Notes: a model not told the origin generated them from the letters alone. Numbered from the stretch's first letter, positions 9,067 to 17,920 are shown. The stretch: DNA of 64,000 bases from an uncultured Methanosarcinales archaeon (GCA_964444505.1 CAYUHF010000004.1:28583-92582), one strand, 5' to 3'. Numbers and translations are program-made.

Positions 9067-10929
9067 ATGAAAGTTGAAATTGATGGAAAAACAAAGGATG
9101 TGGATAAGGGAATTAAACTGTCAGAAATCGCACCAAAAGGTGCTGTAGTTGCCAAACTCAACGGAAAACTGGTTGATTTAAGCACAGAAGTAACAGATGA
9201 CTCCACAATCACTTTCTATGATGCTCACACAGAGGAAGGTCTGGATATTTTAAGACACAGTGCAGCTCATGTCCTTGCTGATGCTGTTAAGAAATTATTT
9301 CCTGATGCACTACCGACAATTGGTCCTGTTGTTGATGAAGGTTTTTATTATGACTTCTATGCAGAGCCCTTTAGTCCAGAGGACTTAGAAAAGATCGAAG
9401 AAGAGATGAAAAAGATAGTCAAGAGAGACGAGAAGTTTAAAAGAATTGAGCTTGAGTTGGATGAGGCAAAAGAGCAGTTCAAGGATAACTCATACAAGAT
9501 TGAGATGGTTGAAGAGTTTGGAGAGAATCTTTCTGCATACAAACATGGTGATTTTATTGACCTTTGCAGAGGTCCTCATATTCCAAGCACGGGGTTCATA
9601 AAAGGTGTAAAACTAACTAAGGTTGCAGGAGCTTACTGGAGAGGAGATGCTAAAAACGAGCAGCTCCAGAGAATTTACGGTATTGCTTTCCCAACAAAAA
9701 AACAGCTTGAGGAATATGTAAAGCAGAGAGAAGAGGCAGAGAAAAGAGACCACAGAAAACTGGGCAAGAGATTAGAGCTTTTCAGCATGCATGAGGAAGG
9801 TCCTGGTTTTATCTTCTGGCTTCCTAATGGTCTTAAGGTTAAAAAAGCTCTTCTTGACTTCTGGAGAAAAAAACACAAAGAAGCTGACTATCTATTAATT
9901 GAAACCCCATTTATTCTGCACAGAAAGCTCTGGGAACAGTCAGGACACTGGGAAAACTACAAAGAAAAGATGTACACTTTGAAGATTGATGACCAGGACT
10001 TTGCAATAAAACCAATGAACTGCCCTGGCGGGATGCTTGTCTACAATGAAAAAATCCATTCATACAGGGAGTTTCCGTTGAGGGTTGGTGAGCTGGGGTT
10101 TGTGCACAGGCACGAGCAGTCAGGTGAGATAAGCGGACTTTTGAGAGTACGTGGATTTTTGCAGGATGACGCTCATATCTACATGACTCCTGAACAGCTT
10201 GAAGATGAAATAATCAATGTTGTCCAGCTGTGCCTTGAATTGTATGAACCGTTTGGTTTTGAATACGAGGTTGAGCTTTCAACAATGCCTGAAAAACATA
10301 TAGGTACAATCAAACAATGGGAGCACTCAACTAATGCTCTTAAAAATGCTCTTGACAGAATGGAAATAGATTACAGGACAAGTGCTGGCGAGGGTGCATT
10401 TTATGGTCCAAAGATTGACTTCCACTTGAAAGATGCTATTGGAAGAACCTGGCAGTGCGGTACAATCCAAGTTGATATGGCTTTACCCGAAAAGTTTGAT
10501 ATGACATATGAAGGAGAAGACGGTGAGAGGCATAGACCCATCACAATCCACAGGGCTCTTTATGGTAGTATCGAGAGGTTTTTGGGAATATTGATTGAGC
10601 ATTATGCTGGAAAATTCCCCATGTGGCTGAGTCCTGAACAGGTCAGGATAATGAGTGTTGCAGACAGGTTTAATCCGTATGCACAAAAGATTGCTGACAA
10701 ATACGAAGAGGCAGGAATCAAGGTAACAACTGATTTCAGATCTGAGTCTGTCGGTAAAAAGATTAGGGATGCGCAGGTTGACTATGTGAATTACATGATT
10801 ATTATTGGCGGAAGAGAAGAAGAAGCAGGAAAGGTTAATGTTCGGACAAGAGAGGAAGAAGTTTTGGGCATGATGGATCCTGATGAGTTCCTGGAAAAGA
10901 TGCTCACAGAGATAAGCGAGAAGAAATAG
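9067..10929 (+). CDS. thrS: Threonyl-tRNA synthetase
   Basis: N-terminal TGS domain and an editing domain with HSAAHVLADAV. Class II core motifs are present (FAIKPMNCPGGMLVY, RVRGFLQDDAHIY). Length is 620 aa. Confidence 0.95.
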   Translation: MKVEIDGKTKDVDKGIKLSEIAPKGAVVAKLNGKLVDLSTEVTDDSTITFYDAHTEEGLDILRHSAAHVLADAVKKLFPDALPTIGPVVDEGFYYDFYAEPFSPEDLEKIEEEMKKIVKRDEKFKRIELELDEAKEQFKDNSYKIEMVEEFGENLSAYKHGDFIDLCRGPHIPSTGFIKGVKLTKVAGAYWRGDAKNEQLQRIYGIAFPTKKQLEEYVKQREEAEKRDHRKLGKRLELFSMHEEGPGFIFWLPNGLKVKKALLDFWRKKHKEADYLLIETPFILHRKLWEQSGHWENYKEKMYTLKIDDQDFAIKPMNCPGGMLVYNEKIHSYREFPLRVGELGFVHRHEQSGEISGLLRVRGFLQDDAHIYMTPEQLEDEIINVVQLCLELYEPFGFEYEVELSTMPEKHIGTIKQWEHSTNALKNALDRMEIDYRTSAGEGAFYGPKIDFHLKDAIGRTWQCGTIQVDMALPEKFDMTYEGEDGERHRPITIHRALYGSIERFLGILIEHYAGKFPMWLSPEQVRIMSVADRFNPYAQKIADKYEEAGIKVTTDFRSESVGKKIRDAQVDYVNYMIIIGGREEEAGKVNVRTREEEVLGMMDPDEFLEKMLTEISEKK

Positions 10930-10941
10930 TACTATAGCCTA

Positions 10942-11121
10942 CCTTGGCCAGATGGAGCAGATCCTGTTTCTATACCTTTCGGCGATGATGTGGACGATGG
11001 CCGGACAGGGGATGCCCCCTCCGGGGTGTCCGGCGAGGAGTGCAACGACGACATCCGTCAACAACATCATCGCCGCAGGATCAAAGGAACAGGACAGGGA
11101 AGCCAACCTTCTGTGCCAAGG
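10942..11121 (+). ncRNA. GC-rich structured RNA of about 180 nt, the largest member of the GGCCAGAUGGAG…CUGUGCC element family. It may be a reduced SRP (7S-like) RNA, given its position immediately upstream of ffh and a CAGGaCaGGGAAGCC motif that resembles SRP domain IV.
   Basis: The 5' end (ccttggccagatgg) pairs with the 3' end (cttctgtgccaagg). There are long internal helices: GGCGAUGAUGU pairs with ACAUCAUCGCC, and GCCGGACA pairs with UGUCCGGC. Local GC content is far above the genome background. Confidence 0.4.
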
Positions 11122-11189
11122 CGGTGGGATTCAAATGAATTTGTTTCTTTTTCAATAATTTTAAAAGTAAAGGTGTATTTACAGGGATT

Positions 11190-12524
11190 ATGGTACTTGA
11201 CAAGCTTGGAAGTTCACTGAGAAGCACTCTAGAAAAGGTTGCTAAGTCTCTTTTTGTAGATGAGAGTCTGGTAAATGAGCTTGTAAAAGATATCCAAAGA
11301 GCACTTCTGAAGGCTGATGTTGATGTCAAGCTTGTTTTTGAACTTTCTGAGGATATAAAAAAAAGGGCTCTTAAAGAGGAGACTCCTGCAGGGATAAGCA
11401 AAAAAGAGTATCTGGTAAAGATTGTCTATGAAGAGCTTGTTAAGTTTCTGGGTGAAGAAGAAAAGACAATTACAATCAAGAAAAAACCTACAAAAATCAT
11501 GCTGGTTGGTCTTTTTGGTTCTGGTAAGACTACTACCACTGCAAAGCTTGGAAGATTTTACCAGAAAAGGGGTTTTAAGGTTGCACTTGTCCAGACAGAC
11601 ACTTACAGACCTGCTGCATTAGAACAGTTAAAACAGCTTGTGGAAAGGGTAGGAATAACTGTTTTTGGTGCAAAGGATGATGCTGTCAAGATATATGAAA
11701 AATATGAAAAAGAGTATTCTAAGTTTGATGTTGTTATTGTTGATACTGCCGGAAGGGATGCACTAAATGATGAGCTTATTGATGAGCTCAACAGACTGAA
11801 CAAAAAAGTTGAGCCTGATGAGACTCTTCTTGTGCTATCTGCTGATATTGGGCAGGCTGCCCAGGAGCAGGCAAGAAAGTTCAGTGAAACAGTTAATGTT
11901 TCCGGTGTGATTCTGACAAAGCTTGATGGTACTGCAAAAGGTGGTGGAGCTTTGACTGCCTGTTCAATTACTGATGCCAAGGTGGTTTTTGTTGGTGTTG
12001 GTGAAAAGCTTGATGACCTCGAAAAATTCAGGCCAAAAAACTTTGTTGGAAGACTTCTTGGCATGGGTGATATTGAAGCTTTGTTGGAAAAAGCACAGCA
12101 TGCAATCTCTGAAGAAAAAGCAGAGGACTTGAGCAAGCGTTTCCTGAAGGGTGAGTTTAATCTTCTTGATTTGTATGAACAGATGGAAGCTATGAGCAAC
12201 ATGGGGCCACTAAAAAAAGTGATGGAGATGATTCCGGGAATGGCAAAGCTTCCTGACAACTTTGTCGAGGTGCAGCAGGAGCGACTTGTGTTGTGGAGGC
12301 ATGCAATGGACTCCATGACAAAACAAGAGCTTGAAGAGCCTGAGATAATAAATGCCGATAGGATTGAGAGGATATCACATGGTTCTGGTGTTCCTGCTTC
12401 TGAGATAAGAGCCCTTCTAAAACAGCATAAACAGAGCAAGAAGATGGCTAAGATGCTCAAAGGGGGAGATCCTGAAAGACTGATGAAAAAACTCCAAAAA
12501 GGAAAAAAGTTTATGCCTAGATAG
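11190..12524 (+). CDS. ffh: Signal recognition particle protein SRP54
   Basis: N domain plus GTPase domain with LVGLFGSGKTTTTAKL and VIVDTAGR, and a Met-rich M domain. Confidence 0.95.
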   Translation: MVLDKLGSSLRSTLEKVAKSLFVDESLVNELVKDIQRALLKADVDVKLVFELSEDIKKRALKEETPAGISKKEYLVKIVYEELVKFLGEEEKTITIKKKPTKIMLVGLFGSGKTTTTAKLGRFYQKRGFKVALVQTDTYRPAALEQLKQLVERVGITVFGAKDDAVKIYEKYEKEYSKFDVVIVDTAGRDALNDELIDELNRLNKKVEPDETLLVLSADIGQAAQEQARKFSETVNVSGVILTKLDGTAKGGGALTACSITDAKVVFVGVGEKLDDLEKFRPKNFVGRLLGMGDIEALLEKAQHAISEEKAEDLSKRFLKGEFNLLDLYEQMEAMSNMGPLKKVMEMIPGMAKLPDNFVEVQQERLVLWRHAMDSMTKQELEEPEIINADRIERISHGSGVPASEIRALLKQHKQSKKMAKMLKGGDPERLMKKLQKGKKFMPR

Positions 12525-12561
12525 GAAAAATTTATTAAGCTCCTTCTGAAATTGAAGCTTT

Positions 12562-12972
12562 ATGGAAAAAGAGTATGTTATGGTTTGTCCCAAATGCAAA
12601 TCGCCAGACATTTATGTTGATAAGTCAAATAAGCTGCAGCCTGCTCTTGGGGTGCCTACAATGTATGGCTGTAACAATTGCGGGCATTCAGGATATACTT
12701 TTCCGGAAGTTGAAATATCTGAGCTGGAAGAATTTGAGGAAGAGATCCGAGCTAAAGGATTAGCATACACAAAAAAGGATAAAACCCCTCTTGTCGATGT
12801 TCAATATGGAAATTTTGTTGTAAGAGTGATTTGGAAAGTGACATCCCCTATACTAGTAGTTCTGGGCATAATTCTATTCTCCAGGAATATTTTTTTAGGT
12901 GGATTTGTAACTTTTTTTGGTCTTGTGTTATTCTACATAACTTATTTCAGGAAGAGTAAATTGCGGGATTAA
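12562..12972 (+). CDS. Membrane protein with an N-terminal zinc ribbon (CPKC…CNNCG) and C-terminal transmembrane helices
   Basis: CxxC…CxxC motif followed by two hydrophobic helices. Confidence 0.45.
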   Translation: MEKEYVMVCPKCKSPDIYVDKSNKLQPALGVPTMYGCNNCGHSGYTFPEVEISELEEFEEEIRAKGLAYTKKDKTPLVDVQYGNFVVRVIWKVTSPILVVLGIILFSRNIFLGGFVTFFGLVLFYITYFRKSKLRD

Positions 12973-13368
12973 ATGGTAAGCTCATTTGTAATAGCTGCGA
13001 TTGTATTATTTCTCATTTTTGTAGCTTATTTTATTGGAAGGATATTGGAAAAACAGAAGTGGAAAAACACAATAGAAATAGAAAGAGAAGATGCTATCAA
13101 GAGGTCAAGGGCTGTATTGAAGGGAAAATTCACTGAGCAGCTGGCACCTTACATGCCGGGTTTCAAGTATTCTCCGACTGAAGTGAGGTTTATTGGGAAG
13201 CCGATTGATTTTATTGTGTTCAAAGGGATGGATAAAAAAGAGCCTGAAGAAGTTGTTTTTGTTGAGGTCAAGTCAGGCAAATCTGGTTTATCAACTCCTG
13301 AAAGAAAGCTAAGGGATTTGATTAAGGAGAAGAAAGTGAGCTGGGAGTTGTACAGGCCTGAGTCTTAG
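12973..13368 (+). CDS. Membrane-anchored endonuclease resembling a Holliday-junction resolvase (Hjc-like, PD-(D/E)xK fold; COG4741-like)
   Basis: N-terminal transmembrane helix. IDFIVF…VVFVEVKSG fits the D…E-V-K nuclease motif. Confidence 0.4.
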   Translation: MVSSFVIAAIVLFLIFVAYFIGRILEKQKWKNTIEIEREDAIKRSRAVLKGKFTEQLAPYMPGFKYSPTEVRFIGKPIDFIVFKGMDKKEPEEVVFVEVKSGKSGLSTPERKLRDLIKEKKVSWELYRPES

Positions 13369-13427
13369 ATTTGTCATATACTTTTGGGTTGCTTGCGATT
13401 TTTTTTAGCAAGCTATAAATATCCTAA

Positions 13428-13518
13428 TTTTTCCTCCGTGGCCAGATGGAGTTGACCGAATATTAGGTCAACGGAATAGGACGCGAAGCGACCGTCTGTG
13501 CCGGGGAGGAGGAAAAAG
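13428..13518 (+). ncRNA. Structured RNA element, family copy 1. Outer stem UUUUUCCUCC/GGAGGAAAAA. Conserved helix GGC-C-AGAUGG / CCGUCU-GU-GCC. Variable hairpin UUGACC-gaauauua-GGUCAA. Conserved 3' module AGGACGCGAAGCGACC.
   Basis: The fold was read directly from the sequence. The 5' side has U opposite G on the 3' side, which favours + strand reading. A TATAAATA box lies at 13414-13421 just upstream. Confidence 0.45.
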
Positions 13519-13658
13519 GATGAAGAATTTTCTTTGCCATGAGATGCTGACTTTAGAAATATTTTAATCTAAGTTTACTACTTTTGTATACTTTTAACTA
13601 ACAAATTCAAATCCAACTACCATAATAAATTTAAACTCAACCATATTCACAACAGCTT

Positions 13659-15431
13659 ATGAAAAGAGTGTGGTTCTTGATTTTGCTTCTTTGTATTCCG
13701 GGTGTTTTTGGAATCTGTTCCTGTACCTGCAACAGGCTGCGGGATCTTAGGTACCCTGGTCCAAAAGAGTATGATATTGATAAGGCGTTTATTGATATGG
13801 AGATTGGTGAGGACGGGAAAATTTATGTGAATGAGACTATTACTTTTGATTTTTATCTGGGTAAATTTTCTTATGCATACAGGGATTTTGAAGTTCCTGT
13901 AAGCGAGGTTTCTGTTACAGAAAACGGCCAGAAAATCTGCTATGATGTACTGGGAGATAGTGTTAAGTGGTATTTTGATGAGAAGAACAACAACAAAAGA
14001 ACTTTTACTATCCACTACACAACCACCAAGGTTGTGACTGTTTATGATGATTATTCTGATTTTTACATGAAGATCTGGGGTGATGAATGGGCTGTTCCTG
14101 TAGAGGATATTGAAGGTGAGATTACTCTTCCTGCAGGAATAGAACCAGAAGAAGTGTATACATGGGGCCACCCTGACCTTTCTGGAAAGATCGGGATGAG
14201 TGACGAGAGAACAGTTGTCTACCAGGCATTTGGTGTGCCAGAAAACCAATGGGTTGAGTTAAGGGTTGCTTATCCTTCTGAGCTTATGTCGTCTTTAGAA
14301 AACGCAGAAAGAATAAAAGGAGATGGGCTTCAAAAAATAATTAGAGAGGAGAGAAGACAGGAAAATCAGAAAGTGTTTATTTTTGCAGGTCTTATAATAC
14401 CTCCTGTGATAATGATTGTTGTTTTTGTTTACCTGTTTTTTAAGTTTGGAAGAGAACCAAAGATTGAATATGATGCAGAATATGAAAGAGAAATACCCTA
14501 TGAATATAGTCCTTCTATTGTGAGTGCGCTTTTGAATCAGCATAGTAAAAAACCAGGCTATTCTGCTTTTGGTGCTGTTGTCCTGGATCTTGTGAGAAGA
14601 AAATACCTTGAGCTCAAAAAAGTTAAAGTAAAAACACTTCTCGGGAAAAGGGATGATTTCCAGATAAGAATGAAAAAGAGTATTTCTGAATACCTTGGTG
14701 ACAGCTCACTTACTTTTTCAGAAAAAAAGGTCTTAAGAATTCTTCATACATTGATGGACAACCGCAAGATTACTTTTTCAGAACTCAAGAGAAAGGCAAA
14801 AACAAAGACAACATTCAGCATGATGATGGATGACTGGAGGTCCAGAGTAAAAATGGAGATTGAGCATATGGATCTTCTTGGAGAGAACAAGCATTACCAA
14901 TATTTTTTTATTGCCTCTGTTGGGCTTTTTGTTGTTGGAAGTATTTTGCTGTTTTTTATTCCACTGGATTTCTTATTTATTGGTGTAGGGTTTGGGTTTA
15001 TTATTGCAGGTGTTGTTTCAATGCTGTTGAATGGAATACTAAATGAAGCTCTTCCAAGAAGAACACCCAAGGGAGCACTTCATTACAAGAAGTGGATGGC
15101 ATTAAAAAGATTTCTTAAGGATTTCAGCGAGCTTAAGAGTGTTTCAACTGATGCAGTTCAATTGTGGGAGCAGTTTCTTGTTTACGCTATTCCACTGGGA
15201 GTTGCCAAAAAGGTTGAGAAAAACATGGAGAGAGTTTTCAAGATATCAGAGAAAAACCCTGTTGTTTTGTATGGAGTCACTTACACAAGCCTGAGCTCTT
15301 TTGACAATTTCACTTCATCAATAAACTCTTTCAGCTCAACAGTGTCACACTCTGCTTCGACTTCAGGATCAGGAGGTTTTAGTGGTGGCGGCGGTGGAGG
15401 AGCTGGTGGTGGAGGGGGCGGGGCAGGCTAA
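13659..15431 (+). CDS. DUF2207-like membrane protein with a signal peptide, an extracellular domain, transmembrane helices and a C-terminal Gly-rich tail
   Basis: Signal sequence MKRVWFLILLLCIPGVFG, internal transmembrane helices, and a C-terminal SGSGGFSGGGGGGAGGGGGGAG tail typical of DUF2207. Confidence 0.5.
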   Translation: MKRVWFLILLLCIPGVFGICSCTCNRLRDLRYPGPKEYDIDKAFIDMEIGEDGKIYVNETITFDFYLGKFSYAYRDFEVPVSEVSVTENGQKICYDVLGDSVKWYFDEKNNNKRTFTIHYTTTKVVTVYDDYSDFYMKIWGDEWAVPVEDIEGEITLPAGIEPEEVYTWGHPDLSGKIGMSDERTVVYQAFGVPENQWVELRVAYPSELMSSLENAERIKGDGLQKIIREERRQENQKVFIFAGLIIPPVIMIVVFVYLFFKFGREPKIEYDAEYEREIPYEYSPSIVSALLNQHSKKPGYSAFGAVVLDLVRRKYLELKKVKVKTLLGKRDDFQIRMKKSISEYLGDSSLTFSEKKVLRILHTLMDNRKITFSELKRKAKTKTTFSMMMDDWRSRVKMEIEHMDLLGENKHYQYFFIASVGLFVVGSILLFFIPLDFLFIGVGFGFIIAGVVSMLLNGILNEALPRRTPKGALHYKKWMALKRFLKDFSELKSVSTDAVQLWEQFLVYAIPLGVAKKVEKNMERVFKISEKNPVVLYGVTYTSLSSFDNFTSSINSFSSTVSHSASTSGSGGFSGGGGGGAGGGGGGAG

Positions 15432-15835
15432 TGAAAAGACTACAGACAGCAGAGCACATCCTGATAAGAACAGTTGAAGCTTATAATGCAGAGCACCATA
15501 AAACTTTTTTCAAACCGAATTTTGCAAAAATTGATGTTTTTTGTTTAAAGGATTTAAGGCCTTTTTTGAAGGGAATTGAAACAAAGGTCAACCAGATTAT
15601 TCAAAAAAACCTGGATGTAAAAACATACACTCTTAAAAGAGATAAGGCCGATGTTTCGCTGGTTAAAATACCTAAGACAGTGAAAAGTATCAGGATAGTT
15701 GAGATAGATGATTTTGACAAAAGAGCATGCAAGGGTTCACATGTTGATAATACAAGAGAAATAGGCACTTTTGTGCTTGATGGTATACAAGAGATTGGAG
15801 ATAAAAAATACAGATTCACTTTTCACGTAGAATGA
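15431..15835 (+). CDS. Protein with a tRNA-synthetase second-additional-domain (AlaX-S/ThrRS editing-like) fold
   Basis: CKGSHV (the C-x-x-x-H zinc motif) and upstream His residues. Length is about 134 aa. Confidence 0.4.
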   Translation: MKRLQTAEHILIRTVEAYNAEHHKTFFKPNFAKIDVFCLKDLRPFLKGIETKVNQIIQKNLDVKTYTLKRDKADVSLVKIPKTVKSIRIVEIDDFDKRACKGSHVDNTREIGTFVLDGIQEIGDKKYRFTFHVE

Positions 15836-16566
15836 AAGTTACTGTTGTTGCTTCGGGGTCAAATGGAAACTGCTGTATGGTTGAGAATAATGGAACTTCT
15901 CTTTTGATAGATGCCGGGAAAAGCTGCAGTGAGATTGAAAAAAGACTCGAAAGACAAGGAAAAAACCTTGACAATCTTAAGGCAATAGTTTTAACCCATG
16001 CCCACACTGACCACACATCTGGTGCAGGGCCTATTTCAAGAAAGTATAACGTGCCTGTCTTTTTGAAAAAAACTATGTATGAAAAGGCAAGGAAAAAAAT
16101 TGGAAAAACACAATACAAGTTTTTCAGTGGGAAGTTCAGGATCAATGGAACTGAGATAACTCCTGTAAAGACTTCACATAGTATTGCTTCTTATGGTTAT
16201 GTTATTGGAAAGTTTGGTTTGTTTACTGATACAGGCATTCCCACGTCTGATATGGAGAAGATAATGCCAAAGCTTGAGGGTGTTCTTCTGGAGTCTAATC
16301 ATGATGTTGATATGCTGATAAACGGGCCTTATCCTTATTATTTAAAACAGCTTATTCTTTCAAATGAGGGCCATCTGAACAATATTGATGCCTGCAATTT
16401 TGTTGAAAATTTTGGAGAAAACATTTCATATGTTCTGCTTGGGCATCTTTCCGGGACAAACAACACTCCGAAAGCTGCAAAACAGACTTTTGAGAGCTTG
16501 GTAAAAAGAAAGGTTGATTTTCATGTGTGCTCCAGAGAAAAACTTAGCGGTACCTGGAAAATATGA
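15832..16566 (+). CDS. Metallo-beta-lactamase-fold hydrolase
   Basis: VLTHAHTDHTSG (HxHxDH motif) and a downstream His. Confidence 0.7.
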   Translation: MKVTVVASGSNGNCCMVENNGTSLLIDAGKSCSEIEKRLERQGKNLDNLKAIVLTHAHTDHTSGAGPISRKYNVPVFLKKTMYEKARKKIGKTQYKFFSGKFRINGTEITPVKTSHSIASYGYVIGKFGLFTDTGIPTSDMEKIMPKLEGVLLESNHDVDMLINGPYPYYLKQLILSNEGHLNNIDACNFVENFGENISYVLLGHLSGTNNTPKAAKQTFESLVKRKVDFHVCSREKLSGTWKI

Positions 16567-16714
16567 TGGGCCCGCCCAGATTTGAACTGGGGATATTCGC
16601 CGTGTAAGGGCGACGTCATTTGTGGCATCTTTTGACCATAGGCGGCCAAGCAAAAGCGCATGCCGTCCCTGTTTTGGTCCATATTAAAAGATGGAGCCAC
16701 TAGACCACGGGCCC
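16567..16714 (-). tRNA. tRNA-Val (anticodon UAC) carrying a ~75-nt intron inside the D-loop
   Basis: Minus strand reads GGGCCCG-UG-GUCU-AGUGG[intron]…UGAC-G-UCGCC-CUUACAC-GGCGA-AUAUC-CCCAG-UUCAAAU-CUGGG-CGGGCCC-A. The acceptor, anticodon and T arms are canonical. CCA is not encoded. Confidence 0.6.
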
Positions 16715-16742
16715 GAATAATAAAACAAATATTGTTTACTAT

Positions 16743-17699
16743 TTAAAGCTTTTTCTTGAGCTCTTCAATTAGTTCCACTGGTGTCGGATCCACTCCGTAC
16801 TTTAAGGCCAGAAAATATGCTGACCAGTAGGCCATGTATATTGCAGAAAAAATCTTTACCAGCTGAGAGCTTCCCTTGATTACTACTTCTGTGCAAGAAG
16901 CCTCTTCTGAGATGATATCTTTTGTAATCTTGAATCTTTTCTGGATCCTTCTGTGGCAGTCATCTTCTCTTACCATGATTACCTTGAAGTCACCGTTAGG
17001 CCTTGTCCAGCCCAGAAGCTCATTATGGTTTAATTCAGGAAAATAGTTGTAGAATGCATTTGTCTTTGCATTCTCGTTTATTGCAATCTTCCACATCTCT
17101 GCTACCATGTATAGTGTGTCTGACCCATAAATAACAGGCAGTCTTCCCTCCATCGAGGTTGCAAGCTCCTCCCCCTTCATCTTGAAGTGAGGGTTCTGCA
17201 GCTTTTTGACAACTTCTTCAACATCAATCTTGACAAAGCCGGAGTTCTCAAGTACTCTTAGCATTGCAAAGGTCATGTAACCGACTGCTAGTCTTGGCTG
17301 TATGCCTTCAGGTATTTCAATTATTGTTTTGTTGTCTTGTTTTGCATTGTCCTTGAGCTTACCGCCGGAGGTTACTGCAATTATCTGTGCTTTGTCTTTT
17401 GCTTCTTTGTATGCTGACAAAGTTTCCTCTGTGTTTCCTGAATAGGATGTGACAAACACAAGTGTTTTTTTGTCTACAAATTTGGGTATTCCATAGCTTT
17501 TATGAACATACACTGGGACATCTGCAACATCCCGGAAAAATGTTTTTATAATATCAGACGGCAGACCTGAGCCACCCATACCGCAAAACAGAATTTTATC
17601 AACTCCTTTAACCTCAATCTTTTCCCCTAATTCATAACCTTTCTTTATTTGTGATGGAAAATCCTCCAGAACTGCAAGCATATTTTGTTTGTCTATCAT
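16743..17699 (-). CDS. Bifunctional phosphoglucose/phosphomannose isomerase (archaeal SIS-domain PGI/PMI)
   Basis: SIS domain features GMGGSG and TSYSGNTEET; length and composition match archaeal PGI/PMI. Confidence 0.65.
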   Translation of the reverse strand: MIDKQNMLAVLEDFPSQIKKGYELGEKIEVKGVDKILFCGMGGSGLPSDIIKTFFRDVADVPVYVHKSYGIPKFVDKKTLVFVTSYSGNTEETLSAYKEAKDKAQIIAVTSGGKLKDNAKQDNKTIIEIPEGIQPRLAVGYMTFAMLRVLENSGFVKIDVEEVVKKLQNPHFKMKGEELATSMEGRLPVIYGSDTLYMVAEMWKIAINENAKTNAFYNYFPELNHNELLGWTRPNGDFKVIMVREDDCHRRIQKRFKITKDIISEEASCTEVVIKGSSQLVKIFSAIYMAYWSAYFLALKYGVDPTPVELIEELKKKL

Positions 17700-17811
17700 T
17701 TGAACACCTCTTTGTATTGTTTGATTGCTGTTTTATATTTAAAAGTTTCGAGAAATGCAATTATAAAAGGCTGGTTTATCCCAAAATGGCATAGAGGATA
17801 CTGATTAAGGT

Positions 17812-17890
17812 TCAATCCTTCCTCTCATGGCACAGACGGTCGCTTAGCGCCCTATTTCGTTCCTATGGAACTACATCTGGCCACGGAAGG
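17812..17890 (-). ncRNA. Structured RNA element, family copy 2, minus strand. Outer stem AUCCUUCC/GGAAGGAU, conserved GGCCAGAUGUAG…GGGCGCUAAGCGACCGUCUGUGCC, variable hairpin GUUCC-aua-GGAAC.
   Basis: Reverse complement of 17812-17890. The outer stem and the variable hairpin differ from copy 1 in a compensatory way. Confidence 0.45.
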
Positions 17891-17920
17891 ATTTCTCAAT
17901 TCTGCACAAAATATCAATCT

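Noticed and set aside
10960-10990. C/D-box sRNA assignment for copy 0, based on CGAUGAUGU
   Set aside because: The C-box match is imperfect (UGAUGU rather than UGAUGA). No CUGA D-box lies near the 3' stem. The motif is absent from the other family members.
11603-12460. 285-aa antisense ORF inside ffh
   Set aside because: ffh has unambiguous SRP54 motifs on the plus strand. The antisense product is Ser-rich low complexity. It is a shadow ORF.
13428-13518. Interpretation of the conserved GC-rich elements as tRNA or split-tRNA genes
   Set aside because: Neither strand has a GTTCRANYC T-loop flanked by complementary stems, a D-arm or an anticodon arm. The real tRNA in the window (16567..16714) looks quite different.
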